This document shows positions 24,461 to 36,950 of a stretch of DNA of 64,000 nt, piece after piece. The notes beneath the pieces are model-generated. The model ran no database searches. It was not told the DNA's origin and saw only the letters and a program-made list of their open reading frames with translations. Numbering within the stretch: position 1 is the stretch's first letter; each line of letters begins with the position of its first letter. The position numbers and the translations under genes are program-made. The stretch is from Marsupella aquatica (taxonomy: Eukaryota > Plantae > Marchantiophyta): contig OZ316893.1 of NCBI GenBank assembly GCA_973895155.1, positions 17,709,281 to 17,773,280 of the forward strand, read 5' to 3'.

Positions 24461-26700
24461 TGTTAGTATTTGCAATACAAGTTCCAGCTTGTGTACAAGC
24501 ACAAAAGGAGACCACACCAAGACTAGCCCAGGGAAAGCGAGCAACTGAGACTGAGAAGATTTCCACTCTAAGTGGGTCCATAGCTTTAGATCAGATTCAG
24601 ATCAGCAGATCAACAAAACCTTCAGCCCAACACCACACTATGAGTCGAGTATGCATAGTCGTGGCAAAATGGAGCAGCAGATCAAAGCGACAAAAATGAG
24701 AGCATTGATCCAAACCAAACCAAACCAAACCGGCTCTAAGGGCGAAGGGGCAAAGCAAAATGGTAGCTTCAAACGACAGCCTAAACAGTAGCCCCAATAG
24801 CCAACATTGCAACTCCATATATAGAGCTCATCCAAGCAGCACAACCAAGGAGAGGAGAAAACCATGATAGCAACACGAGAAGCAGATCAGATTGAGAAAG
24901 TTTGATTGAGAGCATTAGTTGAGACCACAAGTTGTCTTTTAAATACAACAACATCCAGGCAAGCTTGAGACATAACAAAGAGCATAACAATCTCAATCTG
25001 AGTTGAGCCAAGCTGCTAGTCCAACATACACACGCGAGCCGAACAATCTCTCTCAACTTGTCTTAACCTCCTTCCCGCTCTCATATGAATGGTGTCTCTC
25101 TTTGTCTCCAAATGCCTTTGCCTATGCACCGTGCGTCCATCTATCCGTAAACACGCTCCCTATAGCTGCGCAAAGCCAATGAACGAGAGTGGGAAGGAGG
25201 TTATTGAACCTTATATGGGCATTCTTCTTGCTGGGTCCATACTTAAGCTACGCTTAGCTAGGTAGGCAAGGCACGGGCAGGGTCACCAAGCAGCAACAGC
25301 GAGAGTCACCAAGCAGCAACAGCGAGAGTCACCAAGCAACAGCATCAAGAGCGCAACAACAGTGAGATTAATTGAGTCCAACAGCAGTTAGCGAGATGAG
25401 TTGAGTTGCTATCGAGTTCAGCTACAACATCACACATCACACATCATAGCAAGAGCTATGTTGCGATGGAATCTAGCCTCAACTTGATGGCTGGACTGCT
25501 ATTAATCTGATATAGCAAGTTGACGTCCTCCAACAAGCAAGCACAAACCAAACTGGAAATCTAACATCTAGAGCATCAGCCACCAAGTGAGATCAAGTTG
25601 GAGAGCTAGCCAGACCCGAATCAATCAATCCACGCGCATCGAGAGTGAGCTTTGAAAAAATGTGGAGGGCCTGGACCCAGAGCTCAGTAGCTCACAACTC
25701 TGGAGGGCCTAGACCCAACAATGACCAGCGATGGCAGCGTCAGCTGAATCCCAAGCCCAGCTTGCGATACAACAGCGACAATACAGTAGCAATCAAGAGC
25801 ATCAAGAGGTAGTAGTGACATCGAGGCAGTAGTGAGAGCATTGGGGAGTTGGTAAAAAACTCTGATCAGCATAGCACCAAGCAGCAGCACATCAGATAGA
25901 TCGAGAAGGAGCAACGGCACATCAGACAGATCAAGAACGAGCAGCAGCCCAGCACCACAACACCAGCTTCAGATCAGATCAGCTCATCCCAACACCACGA
26001 CATCAGCTTCAGATCAGCAGATCAACACCAGCCCAACACCACACCATGACATCAGCTGCATCCACCATCGATCAATTGAGAGAAAACAAGATAATAGACT
26101 TGTGCAGCTGCAGCATGAGAGCATGAGGCATGACCCATAACACATCCCAAGTATGAGGCCCCAGATCCAAGCACAAGCAAGAAAGCACAGCCCAAGTACA
26201 AGGCCCCAACCTTGAACAATGATCAAAGCGAGTAGAGACTGAGCAATGCCAGCAACACATGAGAATGACAACACAAAATAATGGCCGACTGCACAACACA
26301 TGAGCAGCATCACGAGTGACAACAAAATGAGTGGCAACAACATCGAGCAACATCCCCAAAGCACGAGTAGCACAGCACATGAGCAATAACCCCAAAGCAC
26401 CTCCGATCCCCACCACTCAATCTTCCAACTTGATCGTGAGGTCCTTGCTGCCCCTATAAATACATTGTTGGGCTCTGCCCTACCAATGTACATTTTTGAA
26501 AAATGGTGCTTTGCATACCTAGTGCCTTGGATACCAGACTAGCTACTGCCTTGGATACCCCAAGGATACCCCTTCTCCTGCATCTGATACCCATTAGTTA
26601 CATAGACTTTGAACCAAGAATGATAGCATGACATCATGGCAACGGCTACATTGGATCCCCTCTGCCCTTGCTGTCTCTATGTGTCTGACTTGTGCTCCAA
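24461..26700. mobile_element. Unclassified CAG/AGC-rich repeat insertion truncating the copia gag (possibly LTR-derived)
   Basis: Abrupt start TGTTAG at 24461, internal micro-repeats (GTCACCAAGCAGCAACAGCGAGA), TATAAAT near 26455; no credible protein. Right boundary is approximate. Confidence 0.35.
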
Positions 26701-27535
26701 CGTTTCGTTCCCGGTCATATCAATTCCCAGCCTGGTCAAATTAAGTCCTAAATACACTCAACTACCATGCTCTATTTTTGTCATAAAATGTGTATTCAAT
26801 ACGACAGAATAGGCGTGGATTAGGATGAACATGCTATATTGGCTAGTTGCATTTTTAGGGACTCCATATTTTGTTATTTTTAAATTGTTGTTTCCAATAA
26901 ACCCTCAAAAACCCATGGGAAGGGGGGCCTCGATAGTGTATGCTTAAAGAGAGCAAAGAGAGTCCTCATTTGTCTCTTATTTTAGGGACTCCTGCTATTT
27001 GACTCCCACATCATTATGTCCTCTTTAAGTGAGTCGGTATCCTTCAGAGAAACTAGTTGTGCTATCTCCGTGTGTCTTTGCCATTGACCTGCTTCTTAGC
27101 CATCTTCCAAAGCCTTTTCATTAGCTTTACCTTGTTCTTCTTCTTTCTCTCTACCTCATGGACAATATGAGAAGTCGACTATGCTCTAATGCTTGCTTGA
27201 TCTTTATTGGTATGGACTCAAGCTCCCCAGGAATGATCGTGAATAAGAAATCTTGATCGCCTTACTTATGAACCCTGTTGTAGACTTAGCATAATTAGAA
27301 GGCTAACCAATCTAACCATACATCATCCCAAGAATGGTCTAAGCATCGGACTTCTCCTCAACCAAATTCTTCCTCCCTTTGAATATCCTCCAACCAGGGT
27401 CCTCCCAACAGATCCTTCTCCATCTCTGCATCTGGTCCTGGATATTGGTCTTGCTCCTCCTCCCTTCGGTCTACTTCTATGAAGCCACAGCCTACTACTT
27501 GTCTATCAATCCTCGTGTGATGCCCTGTTGGGGAT

Positions 27536-27650
27536 CACTATTAGAATAAATATCATGGGTATATATCCTTAATTGTATGCATACTAGTTGAGATAGGTAA
27601 CATCATCAGTTATCAGTGACTGATAACTGATATCAATCACTAATATCAGT
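27536..27650 (+). mobile_element. Putative left terminus of a large CACTA element
   Basis: CACTATTAGAATA resembles CACTA TIRs and is followed by TATCAG/CTGATA repeats; a Tnp2 gene lies downstream on the same strand. No partner TIR seen. Confidence 0.4.
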
Positions 27651-29080
27651 GAAGGGTCCATAGTGAGGGGATGTGGGCGAGGTCGCTGACATTGGCAAGG
27701 ATATATCGCCAAACTCACCAACATTGTAAAATCATTTTTGTGGAGCTTATATGTGATTTTTGTACACTTTAATGCGACAAAAAAGAATATCAGCGAGATA
27801 GCCGACTTGATCTTTACTAGAAAATATTGGAAATTCATACATTGTCATTCCTTGGTGGGTTAGACACTACTCTTGGTTGTTCCGTCATGGGAAAAGCTCT
27901 CGACGAGGGTCGCCGACTTCACTAAGCTACCTGCTCAAAACTAAGCTACTTTCTCAAAACCACAAAATGTGTCTAACCTTGTTTCCTCTTCTCTGTCAAG
28001 AGCTGAGGAGCTTCATTATCTGGTAACGCAATCAACATGACGATGGGATGCTTCCTGGAATGATCTCGTTTCCTCTTTTCTGTCAAGTGCTGAGAAGCTT
28101 CATTATCAGGTAACGCGATCGACATTACAATTGCTTCCTTGGCCAACCTTGTTTCCTCTTCTGTGGGACAATGGGTGTGTGCCTATCTTGGACACCGATC
28201 ATAGACTCCAGTCCGGCCATGGTTGACACTCCTATAATTGGTGATCCAAAAATAGTCTCAAGAGCTTGGATATGGCTACTCCTTGGGCGCCTCCATTTCC
28301 TTCCTGAAGAGGTGCTCTCCCCTGATGAGAAAGAATGGGGAAAATGTGAGGGCGCACTGCGCTGCCACATTGCCTTCACCTCCATCTTTGTTTGCGCCAT
28401 GTTTACAAGGACTTTGATAACAATGATTCTGGTATGGAATGACTGATTCACATACTTCATATATCCAATGTCCGCTCATATATCACACCAAATGTGTACA
28501 AACAAAGATCGGGCAGAAAGCAATCATCGTATAACGGGTACATGTCTAATTATTCACGTCCATGTCAGGTCCCGTCAACACTATCAAGTCCGTGTTGAGG
28601 TGACCTGCAATGGTTGAGACAATCATCAACATTACCCCTAATGATTCAACAATCATTGGTATCCTACCATATTCAAGTCAACCCTCGTAATAACGACTAC
28701 ATGTCTTCGGCCAATGCAAATGAGTTTATGGTGATTTGACCTCTAACGGTCATAGATGTTTTAACCATCATGATTAGTTTTTGGGACTATACAAGCGCTT
28801 TGTCATCCTCACGCCATTGTACGTCATCCCATGTCGGCAAGGGTCTATGAGATTGGAGGCCAGTGAAGTGAGAGGGTCTCCAAGTTTTGGCGGTGTTTTA
28901 TTGACCTCTAACGGTCAAACCTTTTTTACCATCATGATTAGTTTTTGGGATTATAGTACAAGCACTTCATCATCGTCACTCTACTATAGGCTTTGCATGC
29001 ACATTTGGGTATTCATCATTGTATTTTGGCAAGGGTCTCTGACATCATTTGAAACGGAATATTGTTAATTCCATCTTGGA

Positions 29081-29420
29081 GAGGGTCTCTGAGAGACAAG
29101 GTGTATGTTGTAGCTAACCTTTAAAATTGTTATTTAAGAGGATCAACAAGTTGTGTCGTCTGACCAAAGTACATCATCCCATGTCAAAGAGGGTCTCTGA
29201 GAGACACGGTGTATGTTGTAGCTAACCTTTAAAATTGTTATTTAAGAGGGTCAACAAGTTGTGTCGTCTGACCAAAGTACATCATCCCATGTCAAAGAGG
29301 GTCTCTGAGAGACACGGTGTATGTTGTAGCTAATCTTTAAAATTGTTAAGAGGGTCAACAAGTTGTGTTGTCTGACCAAACTGCGTCATCTCATGTCAGA
29401 GAGGGACTCTGAGAGACACA
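29081..29420. repeat. 108-bp tandem repeat x3
   Basis: GAGGG(T/A)CTCTGAGAGACA at 29081, 29189, 29297 and 29401. Confidence 0.9.
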
Positions 29421-30047
29421 TTGTGTTGTCTAGCAAAAGTACGTCATCCCATGTTGGCAAGGGTCTCTAAGATTGGAGGCTATCGTAAAGTTCTATTGTC
29501 ACCTAGAGCAATCTGAGGCACACAAGCATATCTCAAAGAGGGCCTCCGAGATCTGGCCAACAATCATCTTAGAGACCCTCGCCAAGTTTTGCATGTCGGC
29601 AAGGTGGTCAACATTGGCGATCTGAAGTACGCCAGCATATCTCGGAGAAGGCCGCCAAGATCTGGCCAACAATCATCTCAGAGTCCCTCGTCGAGTTTGC
29701 ATGTCAGCGAGGTGGTCAACTTTGGCGATCTAATGTACGTTAAGCAATCTAACGTATGTCAGCATATCTTGGAGAAGGCCGCCAAGATCTGGCCAAGATT
29801 CATCTCAGAGACCCAAGCCAAGTTTTGAATGTCGGCGAGGTAGTCGACATTGAAAAAACACCGTGCCATACATGTTTGTCGTGCAAATGTCAAGTAATTT
29901 ATTAATCACAAACTTGTACAAAATTTTGTCCATGTTACTAAATCTGAACCAAAACTACCATGTGAGGATAAATGATTCTAAACTAAACCTAAACCAACAT
30001 GGCGGCCAACCAACCGCTTCCTAAAATGGACCCTAAACCCTAAATGA

Positions 30048-30592
30048 TCAAATATCATCACTATGAAGCCCGTACCCACTATCGGGATTATTGCTCTCCC
30101 AACCCGCTACATTGTCACACCACAACAATGTGTTTAGCCTGTTCTCCACCCATAGCTTGACCCTTCCAAGCTCATCCTCATTAAAGAAATTGTCATACAG
30201 ATCCCTCTCATATCTCTCCGTCCTCCACACATAATATGCCACCCAAGACTTTAATGATATAGGTGACATCATGGCAAGGGCATCAATAGGAAGAATTTGA
30301 TGCAATAGGACTTGGAATGTGGACACGGTTGAGTGTCGAGTCCAATATCAATCTTCAAATATGCTTTCCACAATGTCCAGCAACACTTTTATGGCTGCCC
30401 ATCCCTTTGAGCGAGTCATTAGGAATCTCCATTACTTTTCCTACTAACTCTCAACAATACACCCATGTTGTTGATTGTGTTGAATGTAGCATCATCATCT
30501 CTGCCATGAGCATTTGCACATTCAAATTTGTTTCAAAGTAGAGGCCAAATGTGTCCCTCCATCAGATCATCCGGGAGGCCGGGGATGAGACT
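30048..30592 (-). pseudogene. F-box gene remnant 1
   Basis: SLIPGLPDDLMEGHIWPLL* ... LLRVSRK / WRFLMTRSKGWAAIKVL, with stop and frameshifts. Confidence 0.65.
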
Positions 30593-31414
30593 CTACTTTT
30601 GGGCTTCCTGACTGCGCAATGGATAACGTATAGGCTCCCAACCAGAACTCCATATTGACAACTTATCAGAAAGAGCTATCAATTTTAGCTCAGTAATGGT
30701 CATCCTAAACTTCTCAAGCCGTGCAGTGCACTTCTCATGATAACACCTTTGTGCATTGGATCCTTCCATGTTGAACAAGAGAACAGAGTCAAGTGGAGAC
30801 CTCCATGATAATGCAACCAAAGAGTAAATAGTGATATATATGGATGATTGACCTCACACATTTTGCCCAAAACTTATGGTTTTATTGCTAGGAGCAGATG
30901 AACTAAAAAAAATGTCTAAATATTATGGGATGAGGTGTTCGACATATTACAGGGTCTTCTATATGTTCTCCATCTCAAAGAGGATCTCTGAGATTTTGCG
31001 GATTGTGCCCGCCAACACAATAGACTTATCTCAGAGACTCTTGCCGACTTCACGAGGACAAAAGTGATGGTAAACAACCTCTCCAAGACACATCTTAGAG
31101 ACTCTCGCCAACATGAGAAGGACAATTGTGTATTGCTATGTATGTCAAAGAGGTCACCAACATAACAAGAACACAACATTGAGATTCCGCTCAAATAACG
31201 TCAAAACTTTTACTGTTCAAAATTTATCGTACAAAATTGTTCTAATTGTTCTATTATGCTAAAATTATAACAAGATACACTACATCAATCTCATGCAGGC
31301 TGGTATTTGACATGACATTCAATGTGGGCAAACAACTTTCACATTGGTGCTCAGTCAATTCGGCTAAAAATTGTCACAATTAACATGAAGACTATTATCA
31401 AGTTTTTCTTGAAC

Positions 31415-31876
31415 CTATTCAATATACCAATTATGAACACGAGTCCCTTTCCAAGACTCTACTCGCGCTTTCTCAACACCATATATCAAGAGGTAGTAGT
31501 CCACTTCCTCTGAAGCACATAACAACCAGGAATTGATCCTTCCATTTAAGATACTATCATAAAATTGACTCCAAACATCAATCGGTGGGAATGCTCTCAT
31601 TGAATCTCGAAAGAACAAAGGGGTCATTGTAGCCCATCTTACATGAAAAAATGCTATAGTTGTAGTTATTGTAGCCCATAGTATGGAGTTTGTTATCAAA
31701 TGTCTCCATTTCCTGTTGATAAGCGCAATTGATCGCACCGTCAGGAAGAGAGTCTTCACTAGATGATGACAATCCCAAACTGGATCCAAAACCACGATAC
31801 CTTCGAGCATTGATCAAATTTGGGGCCAGATGTGCAACTCCACAAGATCATCAGGCAATCCTGGAATCAAGTTACT
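31415..31876 (-). pseudogene. F-box gene remnant 2
   Basis: NLIPGLPDDLVELHIWPQI* ... IALINRKWRHLITNSILWATI; paralogous to remnant 1. Confidence 0.65.
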
Positions 31877-32414
31877 CACTGAAGGGTGACATCGTAGGGG
31901 ATAACAAGGATTCCAAATGTGAGCATGGTCTTATTCCTTACTAGCCAAAAGCATCCGCAATTCCAATCTAAGCTTTTGTTGTGTCCTATTGATGAAAAGC
32001 TCACGTCCGCCTGCGTCGGGATCCATAGTAAGTTTGTAACAAAGCAACATGCACTAGAAGACAACAGGGCCCTTTATGACCAATCACCCAATGACGGAGA
32101 TGAATAAATGACCAAAATTTCTAATGACACAAAAAGAATGACAGGGGAATGACTGTCCACAATGACCAATAGACCGAAATGATAAAATGTTAACTTTTGC
32201 GTCATTTTGTATAATGTCTGTAATGACTGATGCGACCAAAATGACCCAATTTCCTTAAATGGTCAATTTAGATACATGTCCTAAATAACGTAAATAATAA
32301 CAACAATGATAAATCAGTGTTTAGCAACATTATAGTCACTCTGGACAACGGTGATAAATGACAAAAAATGTATTACCGTCATTTTAACCAACGGTGTTAA
32401 ATGACGGTAATATA

Positions 32415-32830
32415 CGGTCAATCTGAAAATGAGAATATATCATTGTTTACAACAATATATTGTCATTATGGATTTCTCCCATAAATGACTAACTCTAGGG
32501 TCAATCTTGAAATTAGGACATATCAATGTTTACAAGAACATACCTTATGGACTTCTCTCATAAATGACTAACTCTAGGGTCAATCTTAAAATTAGGACAT
32601 ATCAGTGTTTACAAGAACATACCGTCATTATGGACTTCTCTCATAAATGACTAACTCTAGAGTCAATCTTAAATTAGGATATATCGGTGTTTACAACAAC
32701 ATATTTTCATTATGGACTTGTCGCATAAATGACTAAATATAGGGTCAATCTAAAAATCACGATATATCAATGTTTACAATAACATACAGTCATTATGGAC
32801 TTATTGCATAAATGACTACTTATAGAGTCA
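32415..32830. repeat. ~83-bp tandem repeat x5
   Basis: ATAAATGACTA at 32481, 32560, 32643, 32725 and 32808. Confidence 0.9.
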
Positions 32831-32959
32831 TTAAAGAACCCAAGAGATATGAAAATTAAAATACTCAATAGTCATTCCAGACACCGGTCATAATTGTAGA
32901 GTCATTGATATAGTTGATAACCTTTCCACTAAGTGCGAGACACAATAGACATCATTGTC

Positions 32960-35900
32960 CTCCCATTGGTTGCGGCATTAGCAATTTGAACACATGTCTT
33001 GCATTTACTTTAGGCATGATGCACCTAGCTTTGGGGAAATCACTCCCAAGTCATACACCTTTGGAGTGATTTTCCAGAAGTGTCACCATATATAGATGCG
33101 CGCATACTATCGTATCCAAAGGCAAATGAAACATTTTTGTCTCTCCAAGAAGTAGGGCAATACCAATGGAAGGTTGTCATCCTTTGTTGTAATTGTGTCA
33201 TGTTTGTGCCAGTGTTTGGATGGGGAATATTTTAATTTGCAAATAAATAGTGATGGGGCATTCAAGGAGCTAGTGTAATCTTTATTGGGTCATTTCTAAA
33301 AACATTTGCATCACAAATACCAATGACTACAAGTAGGGTCATTAAATTTGTCATATGGACTGTGATATAAGTCAAGTGACTGGACTTGTGGTCATTTGTG
33401 TGGTCCCTCATGCAGTCATTAAACACAAGCACAAATGACCAGTTTGGGGCTAGGGGCTGGAGGTGGGCCCTAGAGTGCCATGGGGCCCCACATAGAGGTG
33501 AGAACCCCTGTACTGGGTGTGGGACACTATACTCATCATTGTCCAACCACTAGTTGCAACATAAACACTTTGGACACATGTTTTTGCGTTTACTTAAGGC
33601 ATGATGCACCTTTGGGGAAATCACTCCCAAGTCGTACGACTTTGGAGTGATTTGCCAAAAGTGTCACCATGCATGCATACCATCACATCCAAAGGCAAAT
33701 AAAAGTTGTTTTTTGGTTCTCCAAGAGGTAGTGCTGCACCAATTGAATGGGCAGGGGAGTTGTGCTTCTCAGTATGGTGTGGGTGCAGGATTAGGGAAGA
33801 GGAATATTCCAATCTTGCAAGGAATCTAAAGCTGGCTCTCTTTGAAGGTACTAGGGCCTTTATTGGGTCATATGTGAGCAATGGCCCATCATTAATACCA
33901 ATGACTAAAAGTAGGGTCATTAAAACTTTCATATAGAGAGTCATATCAGTCTAATGACTGGATTTGTGGTCATTTGAGGGGTCCCTCGTGCAATCATTAA
34001 GGAAAAGCACAAATGACCAGTTTGGGGCTAGGGGCTTGAGGTGGGCCCTAGAGTGCCATGGGGCCCCACATAGAGGCGAGAACCCCTTCACTGGGTGTGG
34101 GACACTATACTCATCATTGTCCAATCACTAGTTGCGACATAAACATTTTGGACACATGTTTTTGCGTTTACTTAAGGCATGATGCACCTTTGGGGAAATC
34201 ACTCCCAAGTCGTACGACTTTGGAGTGATTTGCCAAAAATGTCACCATGCATGCATACCATCACATCCAAAGGCAAAAAAAAGTTGTTTTTGGTTCTCCA
34301 AGAGGTAGTGCTGCACCAATTGAATGGGCAGGGGAGTTGTGCTTCTCAGTATGGTGTGGGTGCGGGATTAGGGAAGAGGAATATTCCAATTTTGCAAGGA
34401 ATCTAAAGTTGGCTCTCTTTGGAGGTACTAGGGCCTTTATTGGGTCATATGTGAGCAATGGCCCATCATTAATACCAATGACTAAAAGTAGGGTCATTAA
34501 AACTATCATATAGAGAGTCATATCAGTCTAATGACTGGATTTGTGGTCATTTGAGGGGTCCCTCATGCAATCATTAAGGAAAAGCACAAATGACCAGTTT
34601 GGGGCTAGGGGCTGGAGGTGGGCCCTAAAGTGCCATGTGGCACCACATAGAGCTCGCAACCCCTCCACTAGGTGTCAAATACTAGAATTACTATTCTCCA
34701 ACTACTAGTTGCACCATTAGCAGTTTGGAGCCATGTTTTTGTGTTTACTTAAGGGATGATATAATCTTGGGGAAATCACTCCCAAGTCATACGACTTTGG
34801 AGTGATTTGCCAAAAGTATCACCATTGATGCATACCGTCCTATCTAAAAGGAAATTAAGCCATTTTTTTGTCTCTGCAAGAAGTAGTGCAAGGCTGTTGT
34901 CCTTCCATGTAATTGTGTCATGTTTGTGCCGATGTTTGGATGGGGAATATTCTATTTTGCAAATGAATAGTGATGGGGCACTCAAGAAGGTAGTGTAATC
35001 TTCATTGAGTCATTTCTGAAAAAATTGGTGTCATAAATACCAATGACTACAAGTAGGGTCATTAAATCTGTCATATGGGCTGTCACATAAGTCAAATGAC
35101 TGGATTTGTGGTCATTTGAGGGGTCCTTTCTGCAATCATTAAGCAGAAGCACAAATGACCAGTTTGGGGTTAGGGGCTGGAGGTGGGCCCTAGAGTGCCA
35201 TGGGGCCCCACATAGAGCTGAGAACCCCCTCCACTAGGTGCGGGACACTATACTCATCATTGTCCAACCACTAGTTGTGCCATGAACACTTTGGACACAT
35301 GTTTTTGCGTTTACTTAAGGCATGATGCACCTTGGGGAAATCACTCCCAAGTCATACGACTTTGGAGTGATTTGCCAAAAGTGTCACCATGGATGCATAC
35401 CACCGTATCCAAGCGCAAATGGAGCCATTTTTGTCTCTCCAAGAAGTAGCGCAACACCAATGGAAGGTTGTCATCTTGTGATGTAGTTGTGTCATGTTTG
35501 TGCCGGTGTTTGGATGGGGAATACTCCATTTTGCATATGAATAGTGTCGGGGCATTGTGAGTAGGTGTTGTAATCTTCATTGGGTCATTTTGGAGGAATA
35601 GTGTGTCATAATGCCAAAGACTGCAGTAAGGGTCATTTTTGCAGTCATTTTGGAAGTCATTTGTGCACAATGACTGCATATGGGGTCATTATAGAGGTCC
35701 CTCATGGTGTCATTATCAGAAATGACCATTTTGAGTCTAGGAGCTTAAGGTGGCCCTAGTGTGCCATGGGGCCCTACATGAAGGTGGCAACCTCTCCACT
35801 AGGTGCGGGGTACTATACCCACTATTCTCCAACCACTAGTTGCACCATGAACACTTTGGAGCCATGTTTTTGCATTTTGTTAAGGCATGATGGAACCTTG

Positions 35901-36950
35901 GGGAAATTACTCCCAAGGCATACGGCTTTGGAATGATTTGCCAAAAGTGTCACCATGGATGTATACCACCACATTCAAAGTTAAATAATAGTTGATTTCT
36001 TGTTCTCTAAGAGTAAGCGCAAAACCAGTGGAAGGTTGTTGTCCTTCGATTTAACTATGTCATGTTTGTGCTGGCGTTTGGGTGAGGAATATTCTATTAA
36101 ATTGCTAAGGATTTGCCAGGGGCCACTCCGATAGGTAGTGTAATCTTCACTGGGTCATTTTGGAGGAATGGTGTGTCATTAAAGCCAATGACTACCATAT
36201 GGGTCATTTTGGCAGTCATTTGGACCAAATGACTGCATACCTGGTCATTACAGAGGTCCCTCATGGTGTCATTAGGGACCAACCTAAATGACCAGTTTGG
36301 GGATAAGGGCTGGAAGTGGGCCCTAGACTGCCATGGGGCCCTACATGGAGCTGGCAACCTTTCCAATAGGTGCGGGACACTATACTTACTATTCTCCAAC
36401 CACTAGTTGCACCATGAGCACTTTGGAGCCATGTTTTCGCAATTACTTAAGGGATGATGCAACCTTGGGGAAATCACTCCCAAGTCATACAACATTGGAG
36501 TGATTTTCCAAAAGCACCATCATGGATGAATATGTTATGTTCCAAAGGCAAATGGAGCCATTTGTTTGTTCCTCCAAGAGGTAGTGCAACACCAATGGAA
36601 TGGGCGTGGTAGTGGTGCTTCCCTCTATGGTGTGTGTGTTGGTTAAAGGTATAGGAATATTCTATTTTTGCAATGAACCTAGAGTGGGCTCTCTTGGGAG
36701 GTACTAGGACCTTCATTGGGTCATTTTTGCACAAAGTTGTGTCATAAGTTCCAATGACCACAAATAGGGTCATTACATATGTCATATGGACTGTCACATA
36801 AGTCAAATGACTGGATTTGTGGTCATTTGAGGTGTCCCTAGTGCAGTCATTGAAGACAAGCATAAATGACCAATTTGGGGCTAAGGGCTGAAGGTGGGCC
36901 CTAGAGTGCCATGTGGCCCCACATAGAGCTTGCAACCCCTCCACTAGGGT
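32960..36950. repeat. ~570-580-bp tandem array x7, each unit with a 36-bp near-perfect palindrome
   Basis: AAATCACTCCCAAGTCGTACGACTTTGGAGTGATTT (or variant) starts at 33037, 33618, 34196, 34773, 35338, 35904 and 36471. Confidence 0.92.

Noticed and set aside
24597-26493. Hydrophobic Leu/Cys-rich ORFs resembling membrane proteins
   Set aside because: By-product of CAG/CAA-rich strand bias, with mostly non-ATG starts.
32960-36950. CRISPR-like array (regularly spaced 36-bp palindromes)
   Set aside because: The intervening ~540-bp segments are homologous to each other rather than unique spacers; no cas genes; eukaryotic context.
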